Positions 51,257-61,589 of a stretch of DNA of 64,000 nt are shown here, piece after piece. The notes under the pieces were generated by a model. That model was given only the letters and a program-made list of their open reading frames with translations. It was not told where the DNA came from and did not search any database. The stretch's first letter is position 1. Each line of letters begins with the position of its first letter. The stretch covers positions 10,519-74,518 of the forward strand of contig JAJYOK010000010.1 in the NCBI GenBank assembly GCA_021796215.1. The letters run 5' to 3'. The DNA is from Bacteroidota bacterium. GTDB taxonomy: Bacteria > Bacteroidota > Ignavibacteria > UBA10030 > UBA8401. Position numbers and translations under genes: made by a program.

Positions 51257-51309
51257 GATATCTCCTTGAGATATGTAAAGAAAAATGAAACTATGTTTGA
51301 AGTGGGAGC

Positions 51310-51338
51310 AATATACAGAAGAAGCGATTTAGAGTCAA
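51310..51338 (-). promoter_or_regulatory. Putative promoter of BMC shell genes
   Basis: Minus strand TTGACT-N17-TATATT, flanked by GGGAGCA/TGCTCCC inverted repeat. Confidence 0.6.
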
Positions 51339-51367
51339 TATCTTTCTGGTGCTCCCGAAGTTTAGGT

Positions 51368-53362
51368 TTATCTTTGTTTCTTGGAAGAAATCTCAAATTC
51401 CAATTTTTCTGGAAGTTGAGATTTCACTAAAAGCTTCAGTGTTTGATTCTGCTCCCTTATTCCGTAGCTCTTTGAAAACCATGTATTGATAATAGAGAAA
51501 TCGCCGCGGTTTGCTGTGATGAGGTACGACGAATGTTGTGCGTGGGCAATAACTCGCTGCTTATCCAAAAGTTCTGCTCTGACTGACGGGGCAAAATGCA
51601 AAAAACTTTCAATGTCGTGTGCACCATTTCCTTCTAACGAATCAGTGATCACAAGCGTTGACGTGGTCTTTTTCAGATGGAATTTTCGCCGATGAATAAC
51701 CGGTGCGTAACCATGATGTTCGGCTTGCAGTATATTTTCCGTTTCGGTAGTTTTCCACTCGATAACATGCGGTCGCGTTTTGTCTTCTTTGATTTTCCAG
51801 AGACCAGCAAACTCAGCGAGTTCATTTCCGTCAACAACAATGGTATTATGCGCCCTTGTGTTTCGGAATTCCTGTCGGGCAGCTATATCGAATGTGTACG
51901 CGTACGTTCCCGAATCGATAATTAACGGTTCGCCGTCGATCCATAATTCGAAACTCAAGGTATCATTGTGTCCGTGCCCGCCTTGTCCGTTCATCCCAAT
52001 ATCGCCGGCATCAACAAATAGATGAACGTTTTCGTTTTGCATGATATAAAACCCGCCGTGCTCAAATGCTTGTGAATGTGTTAAGCGAGGTTTTTCTTTT
52101 AGCATCTGATATTTTTCGAATCCTTCAGTTCCAAAAAGCCAGAGAGCATCTTGAGAAAATCCTTTTGCCGCATGTTTGAAGTTGCTTCGCTGAAAAAGAA
52201 TTGCGCCGACAGAAAGCATATGGCGATGATCATTCACATTATCATTCATCATGAAACGAAAAAGTCTTCCGTCATCAGCGTCGCCAACAAGTGGAATGGA
52301 ACCGTCCGGGCGCGTGTATGCTTGCACGAAGTCGAACATGCGTTCAAGGCGTTCCATATATGCAGAAGGGAATTGAAAGTTATTGCGCAGGCACAAAATT
52401 GTTGATGTGTAGAACAATTCAAGAACAAGGCGATGGTACGATGTGGATTTTTCATAATCTACACCATCTAAGTACACTTGCTGTTCCATTTCTACGGTGA
52501 GAGATTTTATTCCGAAGTTAAGCCACCGTTTTCCAAAGTCAGTATGCTGAAAGAAAACGCCTAATGCGACTAATCCGGAAATATCGGTGAGGTAGTGATT
52601 CCCATTGTGCCACGATGCCTCGAGATGATATTCGATAAATTTTCCATGGATAAAAAGGTTCTTGAATAACTTCATCCAAAATTCATTTGATAGAGACTTC
52701 GATTCACAAAAAAAATAATATCCTGCGATCCAATTCCATGAGCGGATTGCCGCCTCCATTGCAATTGCCCAATTGACGCCATAGCCGACAGGATTGTTTT
52801 CAATCCAGTCTTCGATAAGCGACTTAAACTTCAGTGCATATTTTTCATCTTGCGTAAGCCAGTACGCTTTGCCAAGCCACCACACCTGATGGAATCTGCT
52901 CAATTCCCAAGGAACTTTTACATCTGAATGATTTTTCAAATCCAGCAAATCCAATGTTTCCGAAGGGGCGAGGCGCCATTCTTTTCCGCTTTTGAAATCT
53001 TTCTGCCAGTTGATCGTTTCGCCGAGAAATATTTTTCCGGATCCCAACGTTTCAAATTTGTTTTCTAGAACATCTTTCGCTTCATCGAGAATTTTATCGT
53101 TGGGTTGTGTGGAAGTCAAGAGAGACAGGAAAAAATCTTTTCTATTACGCGGGTGGAAGAAAAAATGGTCAAAAACAGTGAAATGAAATTGCGAAATAAA
53201 ATTTTCAATCCCTTTTCCGTAATTACATTTTTGAAGAAATTTTTTATCGCTTAAGCAGGTTAATTTTTTTTGTGTGAAACTATGCCAAATCAGAGGGAGG
53301 ATAAAGCGATACTCTATAGGCTTCCACGCTAGAAAAGGATTGAGAAAGTCGATGAGATTCAT
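51368..53362 (-). CDS. Heparinase II/III-family protein
   Basis: DVKVPWELSRFH, NHYLTD, DGVDYEKSTSYH, GHGHNDTLSF, DSGTY, AHNT. Confidence 0.9.
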   Translation of the reverse strand: MNLIDFLNPFLAWKPIEYRFILPLIWHSFTQKKLTCLSDKKFLQKCNYGKGIENFISQFHFTVFDHFFFHPRNRKDFFLSLLTSTQPNDKILDEAKDVLENKFETLGSGKIFLGETINWQKDFKSGKEWRLAPSETLDLLDLKNHSDVKVPWELSRFHQVWWLGKAYWLTQDEKYALKFKSLIEDWIENNPVGYGVNWAIAMEAAIRSWNWIAGYYFFCESKSLSNEFWMKLFKNLFIHGKFIEYHLEASWHNGNHYLTDISGLVALGVFFQHTDFGKRWLNFGIKSLTVEMEQQVYLDGVDYEKSTSYHRLVLELFYTSTILCLRNNFQFPSAYMERLERMFDFVQAYTRPDGSIPLVGDADDGRLFRFMMNDNVNDHRHMLSVGAILFQRSNFKHAAKGFSQDALWLFGTEGFEKYQMLKEKPRLTHSQAFEHGGFYIMQNENVHLFVDAGDIGMNGQGGHGHNDTLSFELWIDGEPLIIDSGTYAYTFDIAARQEFRNTRAHNTIVVDGNELAEFAGLWKIKEDKTRPHVIEWKTTETENILQAEHHGYAPVIHRRKFHLKKTTSTLVITDSLEGNGAHDIESFLHFAPSVRAELLDKQRVIAHAQHSSYLITANRGDFSIINTWFSKSYGIREQNQTLKLLVKSQLPEKLEFEISSKKQR

Positions 53363-53373
53363 TCGGGACAGTA

Positions 53374-54369
53374 TTATGATTTTCGCGCATAAACAGTGAG
53401 CAAGTCACCGCTACGCAATGTGTTAAAGATAAATCCAAGTATCCAGGTAAGAAAAAGAAATATGCTTTTGTTTATTTTGTTCAACATCTTCGACGAGAAA
53501 GAATTTTTTCCCGAAGAAGTGCTCAAGTTAAAGAATACATCAGCCAGCACTTCATACATGTAATGATGCTGCATCGAAACAACAGAATATCCCGCTTCGT
53601 GCAACATCGATCGCAAGAGAGAGGGGGTAAATGAACAAAGATGATCGGGAGGTTGATAATATCGCCAACGGTGCCCGAGTATTTTTTCATTGAAACAATG
53701 ATGATTAATTGTGGTAAACCCAAGCAGTCCTTGGGGTTTTAAAATCCGACAAATTTCTTTCAAGGTTTGTAGCGGCTCTGTTACATGTTCCAGTACATCC
53801 CATAGGGTCACAGCATCGAATGTGCTATTTCCATACTGTATGTTTTCCAGCGGCTGATTGTGAACTTTGAGAGAGCGATGTTGCTTTATGTATTCCACAT
53901 AATGTGCATTTAATTCTATTCCTTCAACCTGAAAACCTTCTTTTTGAGCAACGATCATAAATCCCCCAGCAGCACAGCCGATGTCCAACAATTTCGGATT
54001 GTTATTCATGGCAAGTGAACGCAGTTTTTTTGCTCTCTTTTGGAATATTGGGCTCTGGTCGTGTTCAGCGAATGGTAAGAGGACTTCTTTGAAAAATAAT
54101 AATCTCGCTTGCTCATCGTTATAGACAAAACGAATTGTTTCGGCTGTCGGCTGGGGATTGATGTAAACTAATCCGCATTGTGTACAGGTAACATAAGGGA
54201 ACCCATTAACTATAAATCGTGGGCTGTATTCTTTTGAACTACAAACAGGGCAAGAGATCTGCCGAGAATATTTCGTATCGAGTATCCCTGTTGTGGGATC
54301 AAGCAGCGAATGTGAAATGCGCTCTAATTCTTTGTAGTAATTATTCCATGCATTGGCAGATCGGTACAT
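53374..54369 (-). CDS. Class I SAM-dependent methyltransferase with N-terminal Cys cluster
   Basis: CPVC...CTQCGLVY; LLDIGCAAG; DAVTLWDVLEH. Confidence 0.88.
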   Translation of the reverse strand: MYRSANAWNNYYKELERISHSLLDPTTGILDTKYSRQISCPVCSSKEYSPRFIVNGFPYVTCTQCGLVYINPQPTAETIRFVYNDEQARLLFFKEVLLPFAEHDQSPIFQKRAKKLRSLAMNNNPKLLDIGCAAGGFMIVAQKEGFQVEGIELNAHYVEYIKQHRSLKVHNQPLENIQYGNSTFDAVTLWDVLEHVTEPLQTLKEICRILKPQGLLGFTTINHHCFNEKILGHRWRYYQPPDHLCSFTPSLLRSMLHEAGYSVVSMQHHYMYEVLADVFFNLSTSSGKNSFSSKMLNKINKSIFLFLTWILGFIFNTLRSGDLLTVYARKS

Positions 54370-54373
54370 TTAT

Positions 54374-55690
54374 TTACGGCTCCCTTCTGAGTGAACGCCA
54401 TAAGTGATCGAGGCTTTTTTTCAAAAGCACAACGTCATCTTTCTGAATTCGATAAATCGCCGGAACGGATATATGCGCCGTTCGTGCGAAGAGAAGAGTC
54501 ATTAGTACTGCCATGCTCATGTATGACAATGTTGAAGCGAGTGCAGCCCCGTTAATTCCCCAACGAGGAATAAACAGTGCACATAATACGATATTGATAG
54601 TAAAGGCAACAGCGGCAACGCGTGTATTATACCACGGTTTACCGATTTGGTAGGCAATAAACTGTGCGAGGCTTCTTCCGAGGCTCCACGCTATGATTCC
54701 CGGCAATAACAGTAGCGCTGGGAGGACAGACGGGGTAAATTCCTTTTTTAGTAGTAAAGGAATTAACCAAGGTATTGTTACAGCCATTATTAATCCCGCA
54801 ATGATAACTATACAACAAATTAAACGTGTCATTCGAGTCGTTAATACGATGGCTTCATCTAATGACGATGCTGTTAACTTAAAAAGCGAAGCGTTGATGA
54901 CAACATAATCTAGCAACCAAATCATCTCTACTATTCTTACTGAGATGGTATAAAGCCCTAATGCTGACGGGCCTAAATATCCTTCAACAAAAAAAAGCAC
55001 AAGTCTATTGTGCAATATATTAATGACAATCCCGACAAACAATGCGATGCCGTATTTTACACTTGCTGTGAAAACAACTTGATCTGGTGCTATTGAAAAT
55101 GAATGATCACGAAAATATATAATTGCAGCCATGATGGCTTTCAGAACAATAACAGCGGCAGTAACATAAATAGCAAAGGCAAGCGAAGCACTGAAGAAGA
55201 CTACACCGATGTATGCAATTAATAGAACAACAGCACCAATTCCTTGGATGATATAAACTGCTTCCGTCTTGTCGGTGCCATACATTAATCCTCCCCATAA
55301 CGCAAGGTAGAGCATGGGACCTGTCGCGAGAATTGAGAGAATTAAAAACTTGTTATCAAGGGAAGGAAATGGGAGGCTGCTCAAATGTTGCCAGATGATG
55401 CTTCCGACAATAAGAAATAAAACGACGAGAAGTGCCCACACTATTGTATTTGAATGTAAGGTATGAATCGCATATTTCCTTTTTCCAGCGAAGAATGTAT
55501 TGGCCGAGAGCAAGCCCAAATCTGTCGTTGAACTTAAAACAGTTGGGATCAAAAGAAACAGATCGAGAATGCCTTTGTCGTGAGGGCCCAAAGTTCGGGC
55601 AAGATAAACCTGTGTGATTAAGCCAAAGACAACGGCAATCGATTGCCAGAAGTATAATCGGGGTAGCGATTTCGTAATAGATGGAGTCAT
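54374..55690 (-). CDS. Wzx-type polysaccharide flippase
   Basis: About 12 TM segments; ARTLGP, ALGLYTIS, IPRWGINGAALAS. Confidence 0.85.
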   Translation of the reverse strand: MTPSITKSLPRLYFWQSIAVVFGLITQVYLARTLGPHDKGILDLFLLIPTVLSSTTDLGLLSANTFFAGKRKYAIHTLHSNTIVWALLVVLFLIVGSIIWQHLSSLPFPSLDNKFLILSILATGPMLYLALWGGLMYGTDKTEAVYIIQGIGAVVLLIAYIGVVFFSASLAFAIYVTAAVIVLKAIMAAIIYFRDHSFSIAPDQVVFTASVKYGIALFVGIVINILHNRLVLFFVEGYLGPSALGLYTISVRIVEMIWLLDYVVINASLFKLTASSLDEAIVLTTRMTRLICCIVIIAGLIMAVTIPWLIPLLLKKEFTPSVLPALLLLPGIIAWSLGRSLAQFIAYQIGKPWYNTRVAAVAFTINIVLCALFIPRWGINGAALASTLSYMSMAVLMTLLFARTAHISVPAIYRIQKDDVVLLKKSLDHLWRSLRREP

Positions 55691-55735
55691 ACGCTAAAAA
55701 CAGAGCCTCTTCAAGGATTGCAAAGAAGATATCAT

Positions 55736-57001
55736 CTAATGTTGCACAAACTCACGATACAATTTTTCTAATTCACCGACGCGCTTGTCTTGGTTAAACA
55801 ATTCTTCTGTACGCAGTCGTCCAGCCCGTCCCATCTGCTCGCGAAGGTGATTGTTTTTTAGAAGTTGAATAAGTCGTTTGCCTAATTCCACCTCGTTCCC
55901 CGGAGGAACAAGAAATCCTGTTTCACCATCTACAATAACTTCCGGAATTCCATCGATATTGGATCCAACCACAGGTTTTGCACAGGCCATTGCTTGTACC
56001 ATCGATAACCCAAAACATTCAATAGCGGTGCAGGAAGGGAATGCAAATATATCGCAAGCAGCATATAAACTGATGACTGTTGAATCCGGTAAGGGTGGTG
56101 TGAACAAAATGTTCGATGTGATATTGAGAAACTCTCCTCTTTTTTTAAGTTGATCGAGGATTCCATAATCAGGACCCACAAATATTACAAGAACATCAGG
56201 TATTTCTTTTACGATGTTAGGAATGGACTCAAGCAATATTTGAGGTCCCTTTCGAGGACGAATGTGCCCGACGAATAGTATCGTCGGACGTGTCCCAATT
56301 TTGAAATGCTCTCTTGCCTTTAAGCCATCATTCGAAGGCTTATACTTAGTGAGATCAACACCGTAATACGTTACACGAATATGATTGGATGAGAGACCAA
56401 CCGTTTGCAATTCTTTTGCACAATGCTTGCTCAATGTAACAACACAATCAAATTCTTTAAGAACTTCAGTAACGAGGTGTTTATAGCGCTGTCCCATTGC
56501 GTCATGTTGCGTGAGTTCTTCCATATGTGGAACAACTTCGCCAAATGTAGTTTGTATGGATTTCTTGCCGTACTTTTTCGCGACATAGAGGGCAACAAAA
56601 CCTTGGATCCACGGATAGTCATATGCATGAAGAATGTCGATCGGGTACCTTTGGATAATCTTTTCGGTTATTTCTATCCAACTTGCCTGCGACGCAATTG
56701 TTTTCAATAAGTACAATAATGGAAGCCGAGATTTTCCTGCTAGAGTAATCCACAATGGGAGATATTTCAAGATTCGAACGATCTTTTGTAAACGATTTCC
56801 GCCACCGTAGTGAATGTGTATACCATATTTTTCAAATTCCGAATATTGCAGTTTGTTGGCCGGCTTTTTGTCCATAATGGTATGGATAACAAAGCCGCGA
56901 GAAGCAAGATAAGGAAGTGTATGCGACAGATAAGATGATACACCTCCATACGGAGGAGGAAGCGGTCCATTTATCAGGAGGATATTGATGGGTTCATTCA
57001 T
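55736..57001 (-). CDS. GT4 glycosyltransferase
   Basis: FVGHIRPRKG, ECFGLSMVQAMAC, DGETGFLV. Confidence 0.9.
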   Translation of the reverse strand: MNEPINILLINGPLPPPYGGVSSYLSHTLPYLASRGFVIHTIMDKKPANKLQYSEFEKYGIHIHYGGGNRLQKIVRILKYLPLWITLAGKSRLPLLYLLKTIASQASWIEITEKIIQRYPIDILHAYDYPWIQGFVALYVAKKYGKKSIQTTFGEVVPHMEELTQHDAMGQRYKHLVTEVLKEFDCVVTLSKHCAKELQTVGLSSNHIRVTYYGVDLTKYKPSNDGLKAREHFKIGTRPTILFVGHIRPRKGPQILLESIPNIVKEIPDVLVIFVGPDYGILDQLKKRGEFLNITSNILFTPPLPDSTVISLYAACDIFAFPSCTAIECFGLSMVQAMACAKPVVGSNIDGIPEVIVDGETGFLVPPGNEVELGKRLIQLLKNNHLREQMGRAGRLRTEELFNQDKRVGELEKLYREFVQH

Positions 57002-58638
57002 AACAAAGCGTTTATGATTCGTTCAACATTCTTATTCCAAGTATATTTTTCAACAGCAGCTTTTCGAACGTTTTGTCCGAGCAACTTTCGCAATGTCGGG
57101 TCGTGTGATAGCCGAAGAATATTTTTTGAAAGTTCTTCTGCGTTTCCCGGCTGTACGAGCAGCCCATTGACGCCATCCTGAATGATTTTGCCAAGCTGTT
57201 CGAGGTTGCTTGCGATAATTGCTTTTCCCATTGCCATATATTCGAACAATTTTGTAGGCGACCCAAAAAATTTTTCATTGCCTTCAAATCCCAAGTGCGG
57301 AGACACCAGAACATCACAAGCCGCCAAATATGCTGGAGCTTCAGAATGTTGAACAATGCCAGTGAAAATTAAACGGTCATCAATCCCAAGCTTTTTTGTA
57401 CGATACTGCAAGGAAGATCGTAGATCACCGTCTCCAATCAGCAAGAAAAATATGTTGCGGTCACGCTGAACAACTTGAGCCGCCGCCTCAAAGAGAGTTT
57501 CTACGCCGTGCCAGCGAGCGAACGTGCCGATAAACCCAACAACGATTGCATTGTTTAGATTGAATCTGGCGCGGATTTTATCTCCATTAATTAACGGATG
57601 AAATTCATCCGTGTCAACGCCGTTGGGGTTATAGATTATTTTCTCAGAAGGTAATCTGTACGGTTCAAGTTGTTCGTGTACTCCCTCAGAAATCACAGCA
57701 ACTTTGTCTGCAAGTTTAAGCGCCGATGCTTCGCACCGCGTGGCTAAGTTAATAAAAAAAAGACGGCTCCAGTGCGTTTTTACCCATACTTCTGAATCAT
57801 TTGCTTCGAGGATAATAGGAATCTTTGCGCGACGGGCAATGATGCCGCCAGCAATGCTAAAAATGCTGTGGCGTTGATACAGAAGAGAGGGTCGGTATTC
57901 TAGAAACCATTTCTTTGCACGCCATAACAATTGAAAGTTGTACGCCATCAATTGAAACTCATCGAAAACATCGAGAAACAAAAATGGTTGAACAATGATT
58001 TGAATGACTTGAGATGGTAAAGCCTCAAGTGGTGCATCAGCGATATAGATTACTCGATATCCTGCTTTCCGAAATGCAGAAATCATTCCTTTGACATGGG
58101 AGACAGAACCGCCAGCTTGTAGCTGTCCCGCCAAATCTGGTCTCAGAAACATTACAGTTTTATTCTGTTGCTTAGGAAACTGTTGTTTGGGAAGTTTTTC
58201 GCACAAGAAAGCACATACTGTAAGAATATAAAGAGATAACGTTGAAAGAATTCCCCAAAAAAACGCCGGGATGAATCGCGTAATTGCTCGATAAGTAAGA
58301 TACCATTTCGAAAATGGTATATATACATTATTTTGAGAACGAAGGAATCGTGATCGCGTTCGAATTACACTGAGGACGATTTGTAAGCTGCTCTCGCTAC
58401 GATGGACTGCTGACTCGTAAAGCGAGGCAACAACAACATCGTATCGCTCTGCAAGTAGCCGAAACAAGAGTCTGGTTGGCGGTATACCGGCTAAATTTTG
58501 CTTTGTCAAAACGGTGAACGTACTGTGAGGAAATTCTTCACGCAGCAATGGCTCCACTGATTTATCTTCGAACGGAAGAATGAGAATTCGTTGTGGCTGG
58601 TACTGTTGAAGAAATTGAATGAAATGTGCCTCGTCCAT
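56998..58638 (-). CDS. GT4 glycosyltransferase with N-terminal extension
   Basis: NPNGVD, GFIGTF..WHG, GSPTKLFEYMAMGK. Confidence 0.9.
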   Translation of the reverse strand: MDEAHFIQFLQQYQPQRILILPFEDKSVEPLLREEFPHSTFTVLTKQNLAGIPPTRLLFRLLAERYDVVVASLYESAVHRSESSLQIVLSVIRTRSRFLRSQNNVYIPFSKWYLTYRAITRFIPAFFWGILSTLSLYILTVCAFLCEKLPKQQFPKQQNKTVMFLRPDLAGQLQAGGSVSHVKGMISAFRKAGYRVIYIADAPLEALPSQVIQIIVQPFLFLDVFDEFQLMAYNFQLLWRAKKWFLEYRPSLLYQRHSIFSIAGGIIARRAKIPIILEANDSEVWVKTHWSRLFFINLATRCEASALKLADKVAVISEGVHEQLEPYRLPSEKIIYNPNGVDTDEFHPLINGDKIRARFNLNNAIVVGFIGTFARWHGVETLFEAAAQVVQRDRNIFFLLIGDGDLRSSLQYRTKKLGIDDRLIFTGIVQHSEAPAYLAACDVLVSPHLGFEGNEKFFGSPTKLFEYMAMGKAIIASNLEQLGKIIQDGVNGLLVQPGNAEELSKNILRLSHDPTLRKLLGQNVRKAAVEKYTWNKNVERIINALL

Positions 58639-58700
58639 TACTCCTGCTTATTCTGTTTAAAGAATTTCATAGTATGGACAACGGAAAATTACGCTATACA

Positions 58701-60683
58701 TTATTTCAGCTTTCCTTCTATCCAATAGTCATACCACAGAGTAAGATTGAGCAAATTCCACAAATATTGTCCCAGATCGTTTTTTTGATTGCCATGTAAT
58801 TTGAGCAGCAATTTAATGAAGTCTTTTTGTAAATAATTGTTTTTTGTAAGTCCGGAATTCAACAGCGAATCTTCTGCAAAATCAGCCCACTCATTTCGAA
58901 GCCACTCGCTGACCGGGGCTGCAAATCCCTGTTTCTTTCTATAAATAATGTTGTGAGGAATAATTCCTTCGACAGCTTTTTTCAAAATGTATTTCGGTTC
59001 ACCGTTTTTGATCTTCAGCATCCCCGGAATGCGCATCGAGAATTCTACCATGCGATGGTCGAGAAAAGGAACCCGCGCCTCAACAGATGTTGCCATCGAA
59101 ACTTTATCTACACGCATAAGCAAAAGTTCCGGCAAGCGGTTTTTGAATTCGACGTAGATCATTCTTTTCAAATAATCTGCCTGAGGATCTCGTTCGAGTA
59201 AATTCTTGTGCCACTGTTGTGCGAATGTATGAGAGGAAATCCTGCTCTTTGTATTGTGTCCGTTCAGAAGATGTTTCTTATGCGTTTCGGTGAAATTGAT
59301 CGCTCCTCCCCAAAATAGCTCATCACCTGCAGCGGCTTTTCGAATATACTCTAATGCGAGGTATGAGTGATTTTTTTCAAGCACTGCGGATGCCGTATTG
59401 AAAATTGCTGCTTGTGCGAATCGGGGTAAAATTTTGTATGATTTCCATAGCGTATTGTAAAACTTCAGTTCCCGCAGCATCCAACGATAGCCCGCAAATT
59501 GCTCGTCACTTCCTTCGCCGACTTGAACCACGATGGTGCCGCTGTCACGCGCAAGCTTTGATACGAAATACAACGGTATACACACCGGGTCGGCGAGCGG
59601 CTCATCTTGGTGATAAATCAACTTCGGAAGAAAGTCAAATGCATCTTTGTGATCAATAATAATTTCATGATGATTTGTTTTGAATTCTTTCGCAATCTGC
59701 CGGGCGTAACCCATTTCGTTGTACTTCTCAAGGTCTTTGATGCCAACCGAGAAAGTATCCACCGGGCGATTCATCAGTTCTGCCATCAACGCCACGTTCG
59801 TGCTGGAATCAATTCCCCCGCTTAAAAAAACGCCGAACGGAACGTCGCTCATCATTCTATCTTTTATAGACTGCTTCAGCAATGTTCGGATTGTCTGAAC
59901 ACATGATTCTTCAGTCATCGGATAGTCTGCATCGAGAAGTGAAGAATGCGAAACAGGATTTCCATCAAAATCAACGGAAGGCTGTTCGCTCAACGGCACG
60001 GGGTCCCAATACTGTTCGTCATGGAATGTTCCGTCGGCGCTAATCACCATGCGATGCCCGGGTTCTAATTTAAAAATGTTCTTGAACATTGTTAATGGAG
60101 CGGGAGGAATGAGGAAGGTGAGATAATGGTTCATTGCTTCTTCATTCAATTCACGATGTACGGAAGGATGTTGAAGAAGCGCTTTAATTTCAGAACCGAA
60201 GACGAGATAGCCGTCTGCAAATGTGTAATAGAGCGGCTTCACACCGATTCTGTCGCGCACCAATACAAGTCGTTGTTTTTTTTCATCCCATAGAGCAATA
60301 GCAAACATACCGAGGAGTTTATGGACAAAGTCGATGCCATATTCCTGATACGCGTAGAGAATTGTTTCCGTGTCTGATCTTGAGCGATAGCGATAGCCTT
60401 TTTTCTCTAGCTCTTTTCGCAAAACCAAATGGTTATAAATCTCACCGTTGAATTCAATCGTAACAGATCCGTCAGGCGAGCTCATTGGTTGATGCCCGGC
60501 AGGCGAAAGGTCAACGATAGCCAGGCGGCGAAACCCGAAACCGACATTGTGTTTTTGCGAAACAAACACACCGGCGTCATCCGGACCGCGATGCTGAATT
60601 GTGTCGCTCATTTTTTTCAGCAGTGGTTCGGAAATTTTCTGAGATGGATTTCCGTAATTAAGAATTCCGCAAATACCGCACAT
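58701..60683 (-). CDS. asnB: Asparagine synthase (glutamine-hydrolysing)-like amidotransferase
   Basis: N-terminal MCGICG, HRGPD, FNGEIYN, LSGGIDS, GEGSDE, EARVPFLD. Confidence 0.93.
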   Translation of the reverse strand: MCGICGILNYGNPSQKISEPLLKKMSDTIQHRGPDDAGVFVSQKHNVGFGFRRLAIVDLSPAGHQPMSSPDGSVTIEFNGEIYNHLVLRKELEKKGYRYRSRSDTETILYAYQEYGIDFVHKLLGMFAIALWDEKKQRLVLVRDRIGVKPLYYTFADGYLVFGSEIKALLQHPSVHRELNEEAMNHYLTFLIPPAPLTMFKNIFKLEPGHRMVISADGTFHDEQYWDPVPLSEQPSVDFDGNPVSHSSLLDADYPMTEESCVQTIRTLLKQSIKDRMMSDVPFGVFLSGGIDSSTNVALMAELMNRPVDTFSVGIKDLEKYNEMGYARQIAKEFKTNHHEIIIDHKDAFDFLPKLIYHQDEPLADPVCIPLYFVSKLARDSGTIVVQVGEGSDEQFAGYRWMLRELKFYNTLWKSYKILPRFAQAAIFNTASAVLEKNHSYLALEYIRKAAAGDELFWGGAINFTETHKKHLLNGHNTKSRISSHTFAQQWHKNLLERDPQADYLKRMIYVEFKNRLPELLLMRVDKVSMATSVEARVPFLDHRMVEFSMRIPGMLKIKNGEPKYILKKAVEGIIPHNIIYRKKQGFAAPVSEWLRNEWADFAEDSLLNSGLTKNNYLQKDFIKLLLKLHGNQKNDLGQYLWNLLNLTLWYDYWIEGKLK

Positions 60684-60775
60684 AAACGCTTGGGGAAAAT
60701 AGCTTCATGAATATTAATTACTTTAATGATACGAAAAGCACTGAGAATTTACAAACTGCGGGGAAAGAGAATAAA

Positions 60776-61276
60776 TTATCGAGGCGAGTGAAGATTAAGA
60801 AGCAAATCGCAGATTTCTCGGACGCAGCCTTCTCCGCCTTTTTTCTTTGTGACGTAGTGAGCAATTGCTTTGTTCCGTTCAATACCATCGGCTGGGGTCG
60901 CGGCAAAACCGACACGTTTGAGCAGCTCATGATCGTTGACATCGTCGCCGATGTAGGCGGCTTCGCTCCAGAGAAGAGCATGCCTCTCGAGTAATTTTTC
61001 CATTACTGCGACTTTGTCTTTTGCACCTTGAAAAAGATCTGTCACTCGTAAAGTTTCTGCGCGCCGTCGTACAATTTCTGTATCTTCGCTGGTGATGATG
61101 GCAATGTAAATGCCGGCATTGCGAAGAAGAACCATTCCCATCCCGTCGCGCACGTTGAATTTTTTCAATTCATTGCCATGTTCGGAATAATACATTCCTC
61201 CGTCTGTCAGAACGCCGTCAACATCGGTGGCGAAGAGTTTGATTTTTTTTAGTTGAGATTTCAACTTTTGGTTCAT
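60776..61276 (-). CDS. kdsC: KdsC-family HAD phosphatase
   Basis: DVDGVLTDG, FNVRDGMG, YIGDDVND, GGEGCVRE; start inferred at 61276. Confidence 0.8.
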   Translation of the reverse strand: MNQKLKSQLKKIKLFATDVDGVLTDGGMYYSEHGNELKKFNVRDGMGMVLLRNAGIYIAIITSEDTEIVRRRAETLRVTDLFQGAKDKVAVMEKLLERHALLWSEAAYIGDDVNDHELLKRVGFAATPADGIERNKAIAHYVTKKKGGEGCVREICDLLLNLHSPR

Positions 61277-61385
61277 GCGAATTATCCAAAAAGTGATCAA
61301 CGCCAATTTCCATACCAAGGTAAAAAAATATTGGCCTTCATCCAAATAGCAAAGACATCGCTTTTGGGAGAATTTTTCTGCCGTA

Positions 61386-61414
61386 TTGCCTCACGCCAAA
61401 TACTTTCATATCTT
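61386..61414 (+). promoter_or_regulatory. Putative promoter of SRP RNA
   Basis: TTGCCT-N17-TATCTT ending 9 nt before the SRP RNA stem. Confidence 0.55.
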
Positions 61415-61423
61415 TAACTCATA

Positions 61424-61522
61424 AAGGTCAAGCACTGTACAACTGTAAGCTGCCCAACCCCGCCAGGTCCGGAAGGAAGCAACGGCCCGCATCTGAAGGT
61501 GTGATACAGCAAGCTTGACCTT
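61424..61522 (+). ncRNA. ffs: Signal recognition particle RNA (4.5S, small bacterial type)
   Basis: Domain IV signature GCCAGGTCCGGAAGGAAGCAAC; terminal stem AAGGTCAAGC/GCTTGACCTT followed by a T-run. Confidence 0.93.
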
Positions 61523-61560
61523 TTTTATTGTACTATAGGAAGTTGCAGGAGTAAATATTC

Positions 61561-61589
61561 TTGCAAGCCAGCGGTATTTTTTGTACCTT
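61561..61589 (+). promoter_or_regulatory. Putative rne promoter
   Basis: TTGCAA-N17-TACCTT, implying a ~290-nt leader. Confidence 0.55.
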
